A stretch of 64,000 bases of DNA from Octopus sinensis (GCF_006345805.1 NC_043022.1:16368001-16432000); one strand, 5' to 3'. Counted from the first letter of the stretch, positions 12,574 to 27,385 are shown. Made by a program: numbers and translations. Notes: generated by a model from the sequence alone, not told the origin.

Positions 12574-15500
12574 ATATATATATATATATATAATATTAAA
12601 TTAGAGATAAAACCACTATTAGGCAAATCAAACAGTGAAAGTCATAAGCCAATACATAGAAATAAAATTAATTAAAAAAATATAAAATATAAATATAAAA
12701 AATATAAAATTCCAAATTAAAATATTTAAAATATATATATGTATGTAAATATGTGTGTGTGTTTCACTTTCCATGTAATTTTATTAATGAATGAAATAAA
12801 TTATATAGATATATGTAAAATATAGATTTATTCATAAAATAAAACAAGTTTGGAATCCTGAAATCAACCTATTAAATCTTAAGCATTACAAAACTATTTA
12901 TAAATAATGATTTTAGTTGTCATAAATTTGAGAGCCTTTGTTTCGTTGTAATGTGACACAATGGTTGTTGGATATTCCACAAAGGTACCACTACAAGTTT
13001 AACTGACCTGCTGAAAATAACCACCAAATCTCTTTCAAATGTCACCATATAGAAAATTAGTAGCCAAATCTCAGGATCATCTAGAATTATCTGTCTTCCC
13101 TGTATGTATATTTTCTTCTTTATGCTCAGTGGCATGGAAAAGAGAAATAAGAAAAAAAACAAAATGAAGCAAAGCAAAACAAGCCATTCCCAGTGACATT
13201 TAAATTTGCCTTATTTTGCAAAATTTATTCTGGAAGAATTATTTTTGTCAAAAGGAAAACTTGTATCAGTTTGTAGCTTCATTTATTTTCCCATTTAAAA
13301 TCTTGTGACTGTGTAAAACAAAATAGAAAGCTCCATTGTCTTTGCAATTTCCAGTTAACCTTTTTTTCTGACATTTCCTTGTTTCTTTACTCAATAGTCT
13401 TCATCTTCTGCCCGACATCAACAAAAAAATTTTTTAAAGAAAACTTTTTTTTTCAACCAAGTGTATTCTAGTGAATCATTACTCTAGAATTTGAAGAAAT
13501 ATCTTCTGTACATTTCCACAATTTCAGCTGATTACTTCCATTAAGAAATTGGTAAAAAAAAAAGATAAAACCAAACCAATTAAGTTTTTATAAACCCCAA
13601 ATATTTTTCTCACGTTCAGTCAAAAAGAAATAGTTTTTTTTTCTTTAAAAATAGAAAAATCATATACCAAATAAATTGATTAATCAGAGTTCAAAGAATA
13701 TGCTTTTAACAAATATTTTTTTTTGTTTTATTTTCCATTACAGAATTCCTTTTCTTTCATACACAGGACAGCCCATTCACATATTTTAATATATTATCTG
13801 CAATCATTCAATTATTACCCACCCACAACAATAATAATGATAATAATAATGATGATGATGATGATAAATCTCTTCCTATAACAGGAATTTTCATAAATAT
13901 AAACATGAGAAACAGTTATTAAAATAGATGGTCACAGAATGTTAGTTTATAGTTTATTATATAATTTATCAGTTTAGTATTACTAGTAAGTTCTCACCAT
14001 AAAGGGTTATGATTTTTTTTTCCTTAATAAATGAACTTTCTCAATTATCTAAAATGATGTTGGAGTCTGTTTGGATTTTCTTACCAAGTAAATATAATAG
14101 ATTTCATAAGATTTGAATCCTTAACCAAAACCTTTGAGCTAAGATACTATGTTTGTTTCGTATGCATTGAAAATATTGTTGTTGTGTAAAGAGAAAGATA
14201 CATATAAAATATATCAGATCTAGGTTTATATATCAGTTATTTCATTTTGTTTATAATTACTTGTCATTTAATTTATTTATGAAAACAGATGTTATTAGAC
14301 TAGATTTTCTATTTAAAAGTAACACAAATTATACAAAAGTTTTACAAAATTTTGAATCATCTTTCAAATTTTTAATTCTAATTGAAACCAGTGTGTAAAT
14401 AAATATACAGCAAGAATAAAGAATAACTACTAATCTACTTGCTGATATATATCGGTTTAAATTAAACAATAATAATAAAGAATTGATGATAGGAAGTGCA
14501 TCAAGCCATAGAAAATCTGCCCTGACAAATCCTGCCTGACCCATGCAAGCATGGAAAAGTGGATGTTAAAACAATAATGATGAGGATGAGGAATAACAAA
14601 CTAAATACTTGCCAACATCAGTTTATTGGTAATAATGTACAAGCAAACAAAAGTCTTCTCCAATATGCTGTCATTTGGTCATTAGTAGTCTCAGAAATCT
14701 GAGATGTCCCCTACCCCCAAAGTCACAACACTTGTTTCCCTTCCCTCAACTAACTTGCATTAAAAAAAGAACTGAAGTATTGTTGTCTAAATCTTAATGT
14801 AAAAATATACGTTGTTAATAACCTAATAGGAAACATTATCCGTATTAAACTGTACGATGTCATACATATTAAAATATATTGATCTTTCGAACAATCTGTT
14901 ATTATAATTTATCACACCGGACAACAATATTATATCAACAATTTAATAGAAATTATTGTTTTATATGCATTGAATAGCAAACATTATGGAATTTTATTTG
15001 AAAGTAATTAAATATAGCTAGTAATTAAGAAACTGGCATTCTATTCATATTTAATTCACCTTTCATAAGAGACTAAAAATAGTAATGTTTAGATTATTAG
15101 CTCGATATGTGAACTATTATAACTTGTGAATTTGTTACAGTGGATGGGAATGAATGTGAAAACTAGAAAATAGCAGACAGTTTGTCACAGTTTGCATAAT
15201 TCTAGAGAATTAGATTTCAAGGTGGGAAAAGTTCGTTAAATGCTTAAAGCTTGTATGAATTAAATGTCAACAATATTGCCTGCAGACAAATAATTTCCAC
15301 CACAGATTATGTAAATTATAGGAATAAAATAACTGGAAAAAAGGATTTTGTTCAAAATAGAAAGTGGACAGAAAACTGTAATGAGGAATATGCTAACGAA
15401 GCCAGAATGTGATTGTCTTCTTCTAATGAGACTGACCATCATAAAATAGTAAGCAACAATCACTTTGAATCCTTGAGGGAGAGACTCTACATGCTTGTTT

Positions 15501-16819
15501 CACCTGATTGAAATAGCAGTCAAATCTCTTCTCTTTCAATTTACTCTCTACTTTCTTTTTTTTTTTAAAGACTGACATATCAGACAATGCAATTTTAAAT
15601 TCATTATCTAAAATAATAAAAGATGGGATAATCAGGAGTAGCACACTTTTACTCATAGTTTGGTTCAATTAGGGTTGACCTAGGGCTAAACTGCAACATG
15701 GTAACCACAATCCTCTCTACACACAGATTTTAAAACATTTTCCTTGCAAATAGGAGCAGTTCCTAAGACATTGAATAGCAGATGTCGGAGAACTGAGAAT
15801 TGAGAGTTGGAACAAATAGCAAGAGGCATTCTATCCATTTTCTTAACATTTATTCCAGATTGCTGCCTGTTTCCTATTTACCATTTTGAAGCTATTATAG
15901 AAGAAACTTAGACAAAATGCCAGGCAGTGGGATCAAACTCAGAACCATGTGGTTATAAATCGAAGTTTTTAACCCCACAGCTAACCCTGTACCCATTCAT
16001 GAATATTAATGAATGTAATAAAATACATTTATGAGCATAAACCAATATTTTATACCATTTGTACTGTTACATGGTTGTTAGTTAAACAAAAAGAAAAAAA
16101 AATCTAGTCAAATTTCTCAGCTTCTACTTCATCAAACTTAGGCATTTAATAATGAAAAGTTTACTAGAAACTCGATTATTTTTTTGAGAAAATAACGGGG
16201 AAATATAAAAAGAATGCAGAGTAGCAGAAAAATTATCTCTTTCATATGATTAGGATTTATGTCAGCACATTTTCACAGTGTTTGACTTCTTGGCAACAGT
16301 TTTGCCTCTTCCACTAAATCACTTACTGACACCGACTCTTTTTGTTCAATGTCCTTATCACTTTCAAATTTACTGTCTTATGTTGACTAAACATATATTT
16401 TGTATATTTTGTGTAATTTCACTTTGTTGCACAGTCACTTGTATAATTTAGCACATGACTTCACATATCGATAAAAGAAATTCCACAACTAAAAGACATT
16501 ATGAAACAAAACCATTTTATAGTTGTTTGCTTCATCCATACATTGTGATTTTTGACAAACAGAATCCATTCTAATACATTTGTACATGATAAAACAAAGT
16601 CCTGGGTCATTAATTTTTTTTCATTCCATAAGTTAAATTAATGTTAAGTATCTGTAGATATAAACTGAAATATCACAGATAGTTTTAATGTCATTATAAT
16701 ATTAATTACTCTTCTATAGTGGTCATCGTCTTCAAGTTGTTCCTTCTCAATAATTTAATGAGCAGATATTAAGTCATAACATAGCAAAAATGTGAGCAAA
16801 ACAAACGTGCTGCTGCTGC

Positions 16820-16852
<33 letters not shown>

Positions 16853-17129
16853 GAGAATGATCCCTGGCTTACCATCCCTGCAAGAAGTGCAAAAGATTGT
16901 CTTAACTGGTACATCACACGTATTGAGAAGAGCATTGTCGATGTGAGAACTATTACTACCCATGTATTTTAATTTAACTTTAACAAAAAAAAAGAAAAAT
17001 GAACGAACTAGTGAGTTTAGTTTAATGGCCTACCAATGTATTCTGAGTTTCTTTGCCCTAGGAGTCGGGAAGACACTCGGCAAGAAATGGAAGCAAATTT
17101 GAGGAAAAAATAAAAATAATAATAATAAT

Positions 17130-18450
17130 AATCCTTTCTATTATAGACACAAGGCCAGAATTGTTTTTGGTGGGGGCTAGTCTATTACATCAACCCCAGT
17201 GTGTTACTGGTACTTAATTTATCGATCCCAAGAAGATGAAAGGCAAAATCACCCTCAGAGCATAGTGGCAGACGAAATACCACTAAGCATTTCACTTGAT
17301 GTGCTAATGGTTCTGCCATACAGGCACAAAGCCTGAAACTTTTGAGGAGGCTGGTTGATCACACTGAACCCCAATGCATCACTGGTATTTACTTTGTTGA
17401 CCTGATAGGATGACAGGCAAAGTTGACCTCAGTGGAATTAGCTGATACCATCAACCTCAGTATTTGGTTGGCACTGAAAGCTGAGGACCACTTCTTTCTT
17501 CCATTCTTTTGGAGTTGAGGAAATAAAGTGCCAGTCAAGTTTTTGGGGGTCACTCTTACTGACTGACCCCTTCCCCAGATTTCAGGTCTTGTGCCTCTGT
17601 TTTGAATTCGAAACATATTTGTTTCTAATTCAAGCACAAAACCAACAGAAAGATGAAAGGCAAAATCAACTGTGGCAGGATTTGAACTCACAACATAAAG
17701 AACTAGAATATGTACTATAAAAAATTTTTCAATGCTTTAATGATTCTATCAATTCACTGCCTCAATAATAATAATAATAATTAGTAGACATAATACCATT
17801 AGTAATTGGTGCACTTGGAAGTACCAGTACTCAACTACCAACATGGCTGAAAAAGATTGGTGCAAGTGTGAAGGTAGAACACCTAGAAAAATCAGCATTG
17901 CTTGGAACTGCAAGAATTCTTCACAGGGTTCTTGAAGCATGACCAGTAAACAAGGGTCACCTTAGTCTGCTGGCTGTGGACACCTGACACTTTCCATCTT
18001 ACCCAGCAAAATAAGCTGTGCGTTTTCATATAATAATAACAATAATAATAATAATTTTGATACAAGGCCAGCAGTTTAGAGGGGAAAGGGAAGTCAAAGT
18101 CAATTACATTAACCCCAATATGTAACTGGTACTATTTTTATCAGCCTTGAAAAGATGAATGACAAAGTTGATCTCAATGGTATTTGAACCCCAAATTTAA
18201 AGAAACAGAAGAAATGGTATTAAGCATTTTGTCAGGCACAGTAGCAGCCCACTGCCTTTATTATTATTATTATTAATAATAATGATAATAATAATAATAA
18301 TTGGCTTCTGACAGATGCACAAAGCCATAAATATTTGGGTGGGGCTCATGGAGGCAGTTGAAGTCAACTCTGCATTTCACTAATGTTTATTTTATCAGTC
18401 CCACCCCACTTCAGAAGGTTGAAAGGCTAAGTTGATCCCTGCAGGAGTTG
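17130..18450 (-). mobile_element. cluster of fragments of a third SINE family separated by (TAA)n, with a LINE fragment inside
   Basis: Repeated blocks CACAAGGCC..., CATCAACCCCAG...CTGGTACTTAATTTATCG, GATGAAAGGCAAA.TC.ACC...GGATTTGAACTC; these are the reverse complement of the element at 24872-25108. Confidence 0.75.
17784..18030 (+). mobile_element. 5'-truncated Dong/R4-clade non-LTR retrotransposon (restriction-like-endonuclease C-terminus + 3' UTR)
   Basis: 17784-17942 translates VDIIPLVIGALGSTSTQLPTWLKKIGASVKVEHLEKSALLGTARILHRVLEA*, matching the 'VPVVIGALG...LQK.ALLGTA.ILR.VL' C-terminus of R4/Dong elements. Flanked by (TAA)n on both sides, the known Dong target. Confidence 0.85.
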
Positions 18451-20861
18451 GCAATAATAAGGATAATTATTTTTCACATTAGTGCAACATTTATGGGAAG
18501 AACCGTGTTGATTACACGATCACACAGAGCCCATATGCATGAAAGGGATGTGTAATAATACTAATAATAATAATAATATTGACTCTAACAGTGATAATGA
18601 GGATTTCTTAGGTTGATGATCTAAGGCCAGTGTCGGAGGTGGTTATTTCATGGATTCCGCTCTGGTCTATTACTGTTATATATTTTATTGATACTGAAGA
18701 GATGAAGGCAGGGATGAAAGATGGAATCAACTCTGCTAGGATTTGGACTGACAGTGTTGAAGTATGACAGTATTTCTCAGAAATCAATTGTTCTGCTACT
18801 CTACCTATTAGTTCTGTTAATTCAGCAGTCTTTGTAGATAAGAATTTGATTGATTGTCGTTTCGGTCTTTCTAATGAGTGTTATTGCTACAAAGGCTGTT
18901 AACTCAATCATAAGTGACTGAAGAGATCTGTTCTCTAGGAATTCATCTCTTGCTCCAGGATATACACCAGAACATGTAATAAGGGTTGCAAAATGTGGTA
19001 TTTTGCATATACTCTAGAATCTTTGGATATTTTGGAATTTTGGATATACACTAGAATATATAAAACGGTTTCAAATTTTGGAATTTTGGATATACATATG
19101 ATCAAGGGTACTCCAGTTGTGGCCGTCATGCCATTTTAGGGTTATGTAGAAATACAATATCTAAAATCATCATCACCATCATCATCATCGTTTAACATCC
19201 GTTTTCCATGCTAGCATGGATTGGACGGTTCGACCAGGGTCTGGAAAGCTAAGATTTGGTGGAATGTTATGTGAGGGAAATTTTGCTGTCATGTCTAGTA
19301 ATTCAGTTGACTTCATAGGGATTCCCCTCATTGGCTTGCATCAGCTGTAGTTTATCTTTTAGTTGGAACGGAAGCTTCATTTGCTATGAACTAGTTATCG
19401 TGTAGCTACAAGTTGGTGTTGATTGAGTATGCTTCTAATCAAAGGTATTGTCACAACTTTTTCCATGTGTAGTTTACTTTTAACAACACTATCCAATGTA
19501 TCCATTTTTATGAAAATTGAGTGCAATCTGAAGGAGATTTGGTTGCTATTTCTTGCAGGGTGAGCAACTACGTAGAAGCTACATTGTTGGCATGTCGTTA
19601 AAAAGAGTTAATTAATACAGTTGTGCTTCTTTGTGGCTTGTGTTGCCTTTGTATTATTGCTGACAAAAACCTCTGAATTTGAATAAAGGAATGGAGAAAG
19701 AATAAGGATATATGTGTGTCAAGGAAATCCAAAAACCCAGTGTTCAGTTAAGTGATAGGGAGTGTTAATGATAATAAACTAGTGAAATGGAAATGTAAAA
19801 TGTAAATTCTAAAACTACTTTAAGATTGTCCCAAACATTCCCACAAGTTGTAGGAACAGTTCTTTTGGGACTGTTATGCGATCTGTAGTAGATTCTCCAA
19901 AGAATTGGTTATAAATTAGCATTAAATAAATGAAGATACTTATTCCTGACATATTTCTTCTGCTACTGATCAAGGATAATGGTTGGCTAATAACGACAAC
20001 AAAGAGTTTTATATTCATAAGTATCTCAAACAGACTGCTTTCTTATTGATTAATAGCAGCAGTGAAGTTCTACATGGAAATTTTGCTATTTATTTAGTGT
20101 ACAATATGTTAATGTTATTAAGAGAGGTTGCCTGTACTGTTAATTCTCCGGAAGAAAAAATAATGCTAAATGGTTGAACAGATAAAGAGATAGCTGAAAG
20201 TTAGTGGGACAAAAATGTGTTATAAATTTTTAAACTATAAAGTAAGATGAAAGCCAATTTGATAAAACTTCTTCTTCCCCTCCAACCTCTTCATATTTTT
20301 ATGACCATTTTTTATACAGACATGGCTGGATAGGTTTAGCTTTCTCCTTTCTATATTCTCTAATATTTAACCGATTCTTATGCCAATTCTAACTTTTGCC
20401 TTTTTTTCTAGTTTCACTTTGGCTATCTTCCACAAGAGTTCATAGTATTTTTACCAAATTCATATCCCTAATCTCTCTTAATAATCTCTGCTTCTTGCTG
20501 GTTAAACCTGATAGTTTTAATTACTAGCTGGTCTTTCCTATATTTTTTCTTTTTTCTGAATACATTGTAGCTGTTCAAATTTCTTTGGCTTCATCTTTGA
20601 ATATTGTTCATTGCTATAGAGAGTTAATAAGCAAATGAGATATATTGTTGTCTACACAAAAACAAGTAAGACGATGTCATGTTACATGAATTTTAAAATA
20701 TTTCTATTGATGAAGTCAAATTTAACATGCAGTTGTGTCAGTATTCCCCAATTCTGTACCATTAAATTGGATTCTACCTCTAGAAATATTGAGATACCTT
20801 GTGGTATTGGATTTAGTAAATCCTAACTCTCATGTAAGTCCCATGGGAGTTAATTTAGATT

Positions 20862-21433
20862 TTAACCCTTTAATATTCAGACTATTCTATCAACTGCAAT
20901 GCTTATTTATCCACAGCCTGGTTGTGTGGTAAGAAGTTGTGTTAAGAAGCTTGCTTCCTGACCACATGGTCCTGGGTTCAATATCACTGCAGGCCACCTT
21001 AAACAAGTATTTTTGACTATAACTTCATGCCAACCAAAGCCTTATGAGTGGATTTGGGAGACAGAAACTGTAAGAAGCCTCTATGTGTGTGTGTGTGTGT
21101 TCCCCACCACTGCTTTGCAGTTTGGCAAAAGAGACCAAGAGAATAAGTATTTGGTTTTAAAAAGCATTTCTGGAGTTGATTCATTCAACTAAAAATTCTT
21201 CAAGGCAGTGCCCCAGCATGGCCACATTCTAATGACTGAAACAAGTAAAAGATAAAAGATTGTTTTGAATTAATCTTGTATCATCTCATAGCCTTGATAT
21301 TTCAATGATGGGATTATATATTTTTAAAACGACATTGTAAGGGGAGTGTGAGAGGCTAGATCTGGCCAGTCTGAACATTAAACAGAGACATTATGTAGGT
21401 CAGTTATGGCCATTTTAAATGCTAAAGGGTTAA
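20862..21433 (+). mobile_element. piggyBac-type MITE interrupted by a SINE (~20915-21258)
   Basis: TTAA CCCTTTA ... TAAAGGG TTAA termini; the interior matches 27157-27385 once the SINE is removed. Confidence 0.8.
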
Positions 21434-22255
21434 TTTCTCAACCTGAGCTGCACTAATATGTCGGATTTAAATAAATACTCATCTAATTTCTATCTGGTAC
21501 TTAATTATCATACTTTCATACTTCCATTTAATTTTTAATTAATTCGGTTTTAAGAGTTTCTTGCCCTTCAATTATTGAAGCTAATAATTAGTTTTCTTAT
21601 CTCTAAAGTGTAATTTAAATTAAGACATTATTTGGCTGAATACATTAAACAGGTTAGCTTCCTCTTGACTATAATTTTTTTCTTTTATGCAGAAGGTGTC
21701 TTTGGATAATTTTTTTCCCACAGTCATTCTATTTTACATTTCAGGAGGTGTATTGGCAGAAACAGTAGAACTATAAATAAAATGCATATCTTTACATGGT
21801 TGACAGAATAAGTACCAGTCAAATACTGGGGTCTGTGTACTTGATTAGCCTCAAAATTCTTGGCCCTGTTCTTGAATTAGAAACCATTATTACCAGCAAA
21901 ATATATTTAGAATATTTTCAGTCATTGGCACCATATTAAAGAAAAAATCTAATCCTCAGTTGAAATTTATGTTCAACAGATTAAATTGATTTTTATTGAA
22001 CTGTTCTTTTTTTAGGGGAGAAATTAGTTAAATGCTAAAAAGAGAAGCAAAATAAGAGAAAAGCTAATGAAGAAAATGTTCAATGATTGGAGTGGAGGCA
22101 ATTCCAGAAATACTGCAAAATTCCTGTAAAATCTATATTCTAAAACTAAATGAGTTTTCAAAACTATTTAAAATATATTTAGCATATATTTCTAGTTTGG
22201 GTTTGAATTTTAATGTTGTGAATAATGTCATTATTTAAGAAAATTCTCTAATAAG

Positions 22256-22307
<52 letters not shown>

Positions 22308-24514
22308 ATAAACTCAGTTTGCAACCATGTGGTTTCCAGTTCAGTCCTGTTATGTGGCACCTTGGGCAAGTGTCTTCTACTATAGGCCCAAACCAACCAA
22401 TGCCTTGTGTGTGAATTTGGTTGGCAGAAAGTGTGTGAAAGCCAGTCATATATATATATATCCATGTGTGTTCTTGTTGTTGTCCTTGTTTCCCCACCCC
22501 CTCACCACTGCTTGACAACTGGTGTTGATTTGTCCCTGTAACTTAGGGGGTTGGGGAAAGGAATAGACTGACAGAATAACTGTCAGACTTAAAACAAGAA
22601 GTGCTGGGGTTGATCTGTTTGACTAAACCCCTTCAAGGTGGTGCCCTAGCATGGCCACATTCCAATGACTGAAATGAGTAAAAGATAGCTCCCATTTGAC
22701 AGAGATCAAATGCAGCTTTAAGAATTGCTTTTAGATATCAGGCAGGGTCTCTATTACTTGCTTTTGTGTGGTTGTTTCAGTCATTAATAACTTCATATTG
22801 AGTGATTGGGGGGGGGGGGGATGGGGAAGCACATGATCCAATTATTCATTTGCACGAAGATAAAATTATCTTACTAATTAAAGCTTTTTAATTGGATTCA
22901 AAACATGGATTGAAATATATTATTTTCTTCAGAGAACAATGATGGATAACTAATGATTGCTATCTCATTATAAACATTCAGAAAATGTAACTTTATTATC
23001 TCAGAGAGTAGACATTTCCTGCTGCTAGAAAATATAAATGTTTTATGTGTCTCAACAATAAGGGTTTTTACAATTTTCAGAACATTTCTTTTCTTCACCT
23101 GCCCTTCATTTTTGTAAGCACACTTTTCCAATTTTAAATATCATTCCATTTACATCTGGTGCTAATTGCTGAGGTCAGATACAGCCATAGTTGGCACACT
23201 CCTCATCTAATCTGCCAAACTTTGTACTCCTCATGCAAACCCCCAAACTCATACATAACTAAAAATGCAACACAGGACACACAAAGGATTAAATTAGGTT
23301 GGGTGATTAAGAAGCTCACTCTGCAGACACATCGCTTCAGGTTTGGTCTCACAGTGCAGTTCCTTGGACAAATATCTTCTACTATAGTACCCAGCTGACC
23401 AATGCCTTGGGTGTGAATTTGGTAGACATAAATTGCATGGCAGGCTGTCTTTTGTGCGTGTGTGTGTGTGTGTTTTCATGTCTGTGTGTGTCACCCTACC
23501 ATCATTTGACAACTGATGCTGGTTTGTTTTCATCTCCATAACTTAGCAGTTTGGCAAAAGTTACCAATAGAATAAGTACAAAACTTAAGAGAAAAAAACA
23601 CAAACGAAAAACACAAGTACAAGGGTTGATTTGTTTGACTGAAACTGTTCAAAGTGGTGCCCCAGCCTGGCAGCAGCCCAATGACTGTAACAAGTAAAAG
23701 ATAATGTGTTCATTAGTATAAAGAAAAATTGTGTTCTAACACAGACAAAGTTCTGTATCATTGCTCAACATTTTACAGTAGCAGCCAAATTTCCCTCAAA
23801 GCACATTCTATTGTCTTAAGGGAAAAACACATGAAACTATGTTGTCCTTAATACACTGATCTTGAACTGGATGTTGAGGAGTCACAGGTGAAAAGCCGTT
23901 AGTCATAGGTCTATCTGTTCAGTTAGACCAGCCTTGCCTAACGAACAACAACAATTACAAAATATAATTTTAGTGCAAAGTAAATTCATTTGATGGATTC
24001 CAATTTATTAATTAGGTTGTATTATTAATCATATTGATTTCTTTTGATTTAGACAAAAGAATAATTTTTGAAGCAAAACATTTTGAAAATAGAATTTTGC
24101 GGAATTCTTTAAGAGCAAAATTATTTGATTGATCCTGGAAGGATGAATGGTAAATATCTGTCTCAGCAAGTTTAAACTTAAATCAGAGACACAGTTTAGC
24201 TTAATACTAAACTATATGTTTACTAGTGTAATGAAGACATGTGGTCTACTGGTTAGAGTATTAGTTTCACAATAATAAAGCCACAAGTTCAATTCTTGAA
24301 CCAGGCTGCACATTATGTCCCTTTTATCTAAATTCTGCCTTGCAGAATTTTTTGTTGAATAGATTGACCCCAGAACTTGTTCATTTTAAGCCTTGTACTT
24401 ATTCTATTGATCTCTTTTGCTGAACTACTTAGTTACAGGGATGTAAATGCACTAACACTGGTTGCCAAGCAGTGGTGGTGGTGGTGGGGAGCACACACAC
24501 ACACACACACACAA

Positions 24515-24548
<34 letters not shown>

Positions 24549-24871
24549 ACACACACATGATAGACTTCTTTCTGTTTCTGTCTACCAAATTCACTCACAA
24601 GGCTTTGGTCAAACTGAGGCTATAGTAGAAGACCCCTGTTCAGGGTGCCATGCAGTAGGACTGAACCCAAAACCATGTTGGGAAGCAAGCTTCTTGCCAC
24701 ACAACCATGCCTGCACCTTGTGTCAGGGACTCTTCAATTTCTCTTCCCCCTCCAGCCCCCTCAGCTGTCAGTGAGAGCCACCTGACTGCTGATACGCTCC
24801 CTTCCCTCTCCCTCCACTTGCTACATTCTCAATATTCTATTGGGTCAAGGATGGCAGGGCTGAGACTGTGT

Positions 24872-25108
24872 AAGGCGGCGAGCTGGCAGAAACATTAGTA
24901 CGCTGGGCGAAATGCTGAGCAATATTTCGTCTGCCATTATGTTATGGGTTCAAATTCCGCCGAGGTTGACTTTACCTTTCATCTTTTCGGGGTCGATAAA
25001 TTAAGTACCAGTTACGCACTGGGGTTGATGTAATCGACTTAATCCGTTCGTCTGTCCTTGTTCGTCCCCTCTGTGTTTAGCCCCTTGTGGGTAGTAAAGA
25101 AATAGGTA
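24872..25108 (+). mobile_element. SINE family 3, well-preserved copy
   Basis: AAGGCGGCGAGCTGGCAGAA...GGTTCAAATTCCGCCGAGGTTGAC...GGGGTCGATAAATTAAGTACCAG. CpG-rich relative to its surroundings. Related copies at ~31628-31825(+), 44190-44405(+), 48780-49000(+), 50570-50720(-), 51790-52000(-). Confidence 0.85.
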
Positions 25109-25241
25109 TCAGTGTCTGCCCATGATTACACAGGGACCTAACATAACACTCACTACCAAATCTGCTTCATGGGTGACTGATGGCTAGGCACTTATGTCAT
25201 TAATCTCTATTTCTCCATTAGCTGTAGGGAAAAACATTTGT

Positions 25242-25472
25242 TTAACCCCTTAGCAATTAAACAGGTCGTATTAGACCCAAATATTCTACCTGTTTTATGT
25301 TCAAACTGGCTAGTTCCAGCCTCTTGTGCCAATCCCACAATGTCATTCCAAAAAGCAAACAGTCAGATCATTGAATTCCGAGAGCTACAAGATAATTCCA
25401 GATTAACTCAAAGCAATGTGGATAAATAAGGATTACATTTGACGGAATAATCTGAATGCCAAAAAGGGTTAA
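25242..25472 (-). mobile_element. piggyBac-type MITE
   Basis: TTAA CCCCTTA ... AAAAGGG TTAA; the interior is the reverse complement of the 27157 copy. Confidence 0.8.
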
Positions 25473-27156
25473 AGAAATCCTTTTATATAGAGACAATACC
25501 TGTGCAGTCGACATGTTGGACTAATGACTACAAGTTCAGGTATTCAAATCTGACTACTGCCATTATGCTATGCTCCAACTTGCACTAATTTGCCTGAGCA
25601 ACAAAAAGCAGGTTTCCTTCGATGTCACGGATGAGTGATTGTATAACAATTGGTTGAAGATAAACAAAAATATGGAAAAAGAAAAGAAAAATGGATGTGA
25701 ATTTGAAAGGGAAGAAATTTAGATTCAATAATAATTTGAATGATAAGTGTAATAACATGTTGTTCTAATATTACGTGTGAATATGTTTATATGTGTGTAT
25801 ATATTTGTGTGTGTAGTTATGCATGTATAGATATACACTCATTTACAACAGTCATGTGATGTCGTGACAAGAAGACACATACATACACACACACATACAC
25901 ATATATATTTGTGTGTGTATTTATGTGTGTATAGATGTACATATGCATGCTTATATGCGTTATATAGTATGTGTATGTCTGTATATGCATGAATGTATAA
26001 CGACAGGTATGCATATGCGTTTGTGATGGTGGTGATGTTGGAGAAAGTGATTTTTATTGAGTTAACTAGTGACTTGAGGTGAGTCACACAGATGTAATAT
26101 CTTTTCATACCTGAGAGCAGTTCAGCTGCTCATTAGATGAACATATTGAAGTAGGTTGGAGTCTTCTCCTCTCAGGTTCTTTTTTTTTTTTGTGCAAATT
26201 GAATTTGCTTTTCTTGTTACTTCAATATAAAACTTGCTTAATTTCCGATAGAATATATCAGAATAAAGATATTCTTTGACAAACATAATGAAGATATTTG
26301 ATTATTCCTCCTCCTCTTCCTCCTCTTCCCTTCCCCCTTTTTTTGTTGGGGGAGTGTTTGTACTGTATCTGATAGGTCGTGTGTTTTAATGAAAGCCAGA
26401 AAGAAAACAAAAAAAAAAAAATATGCATTCATTTTGTAACAAAACATGGAATATTCTACATATATATACATGACAGACGTGTAATAGATATGGCTTGTAT
26501 AGATGGTAGGAGGTATACCATTGCCATCACCATCACCATCATCATCAGTGTAAATAGAAAAAACAAAAAAGATTCTCATAAGCTGCTTTAAAAAAATTCC
26601 TATCTCCTTTATGTAAATATTGCTAAAAGCTATTTGCTGCTTTTGGCTATTTTCTACTAGACATAGATATATTACATGGTGAAATTTCACACCACATAGT
26701 AAAATGTATTTATTTATTCGTTTTATTTCCACAATAATGTACTAATATACTGTACAAGCAATTACCAAGTAATGTTGAAATAGTTTTATTGTATTTCATT
26801 AGAATTTTCTGTTACTTTTCAAAGTCAAGTGTTGTTAATTTTCTGCATTTTTCATTTGGTTTTTATCTTTTGCATGTGGAATTATTTCTAACGGGGAAAG
26901 AAATTAAGTGAAAATTGAATAATGTAATTTTATGAAAATTGTTAAGAATTACAAGAGGATAATTTAAGATTGTTAATAATGGCCAACAGTAAGGTGCCAG
27001 ACAGAAATGGTTTAACACTTGCTAATCCAAATTTGTAATATAGGATCAATTGATAAGTTATTCCATGGTCTCTGTTCAAATAACCAATGCTAGTATTTTT
27101 CATGTACTTCATTGTGTCTAGAGGAAGAGGCTATACCCAGAGGCATTGCAGTCCCT

Positions 27157-27385
27157 TTAACCCTTTAGTGTTCGCATTATTCTGCCAAAATTAATCCTTT
27201 TTTATCAACATTACCTTGAACTAATCAGGCATTATCTTGGAGCTATGAGATTTTGATGAGGTAGCTGTTAATTTTTAAAACGATATTGTAGGGCTGGTAT
27301 GAGAGACCAGATCTGGCCAGTTTGAACATAAAACAGGCAGAATACTTTTGGCCGGATATGGCCAGTTTAAATGGTAAAGGGTTAA
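27157..27385 (+). mobile_element. piggyBac-type MITE (229 bp including TTAA duplications)
   Basis: TTAA|CCCTTTA ... TAAAGGG|TTAA: TTAA target duplication and CCC/GGG ends are the piggyBac hallmark. Confidence 0.85.
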
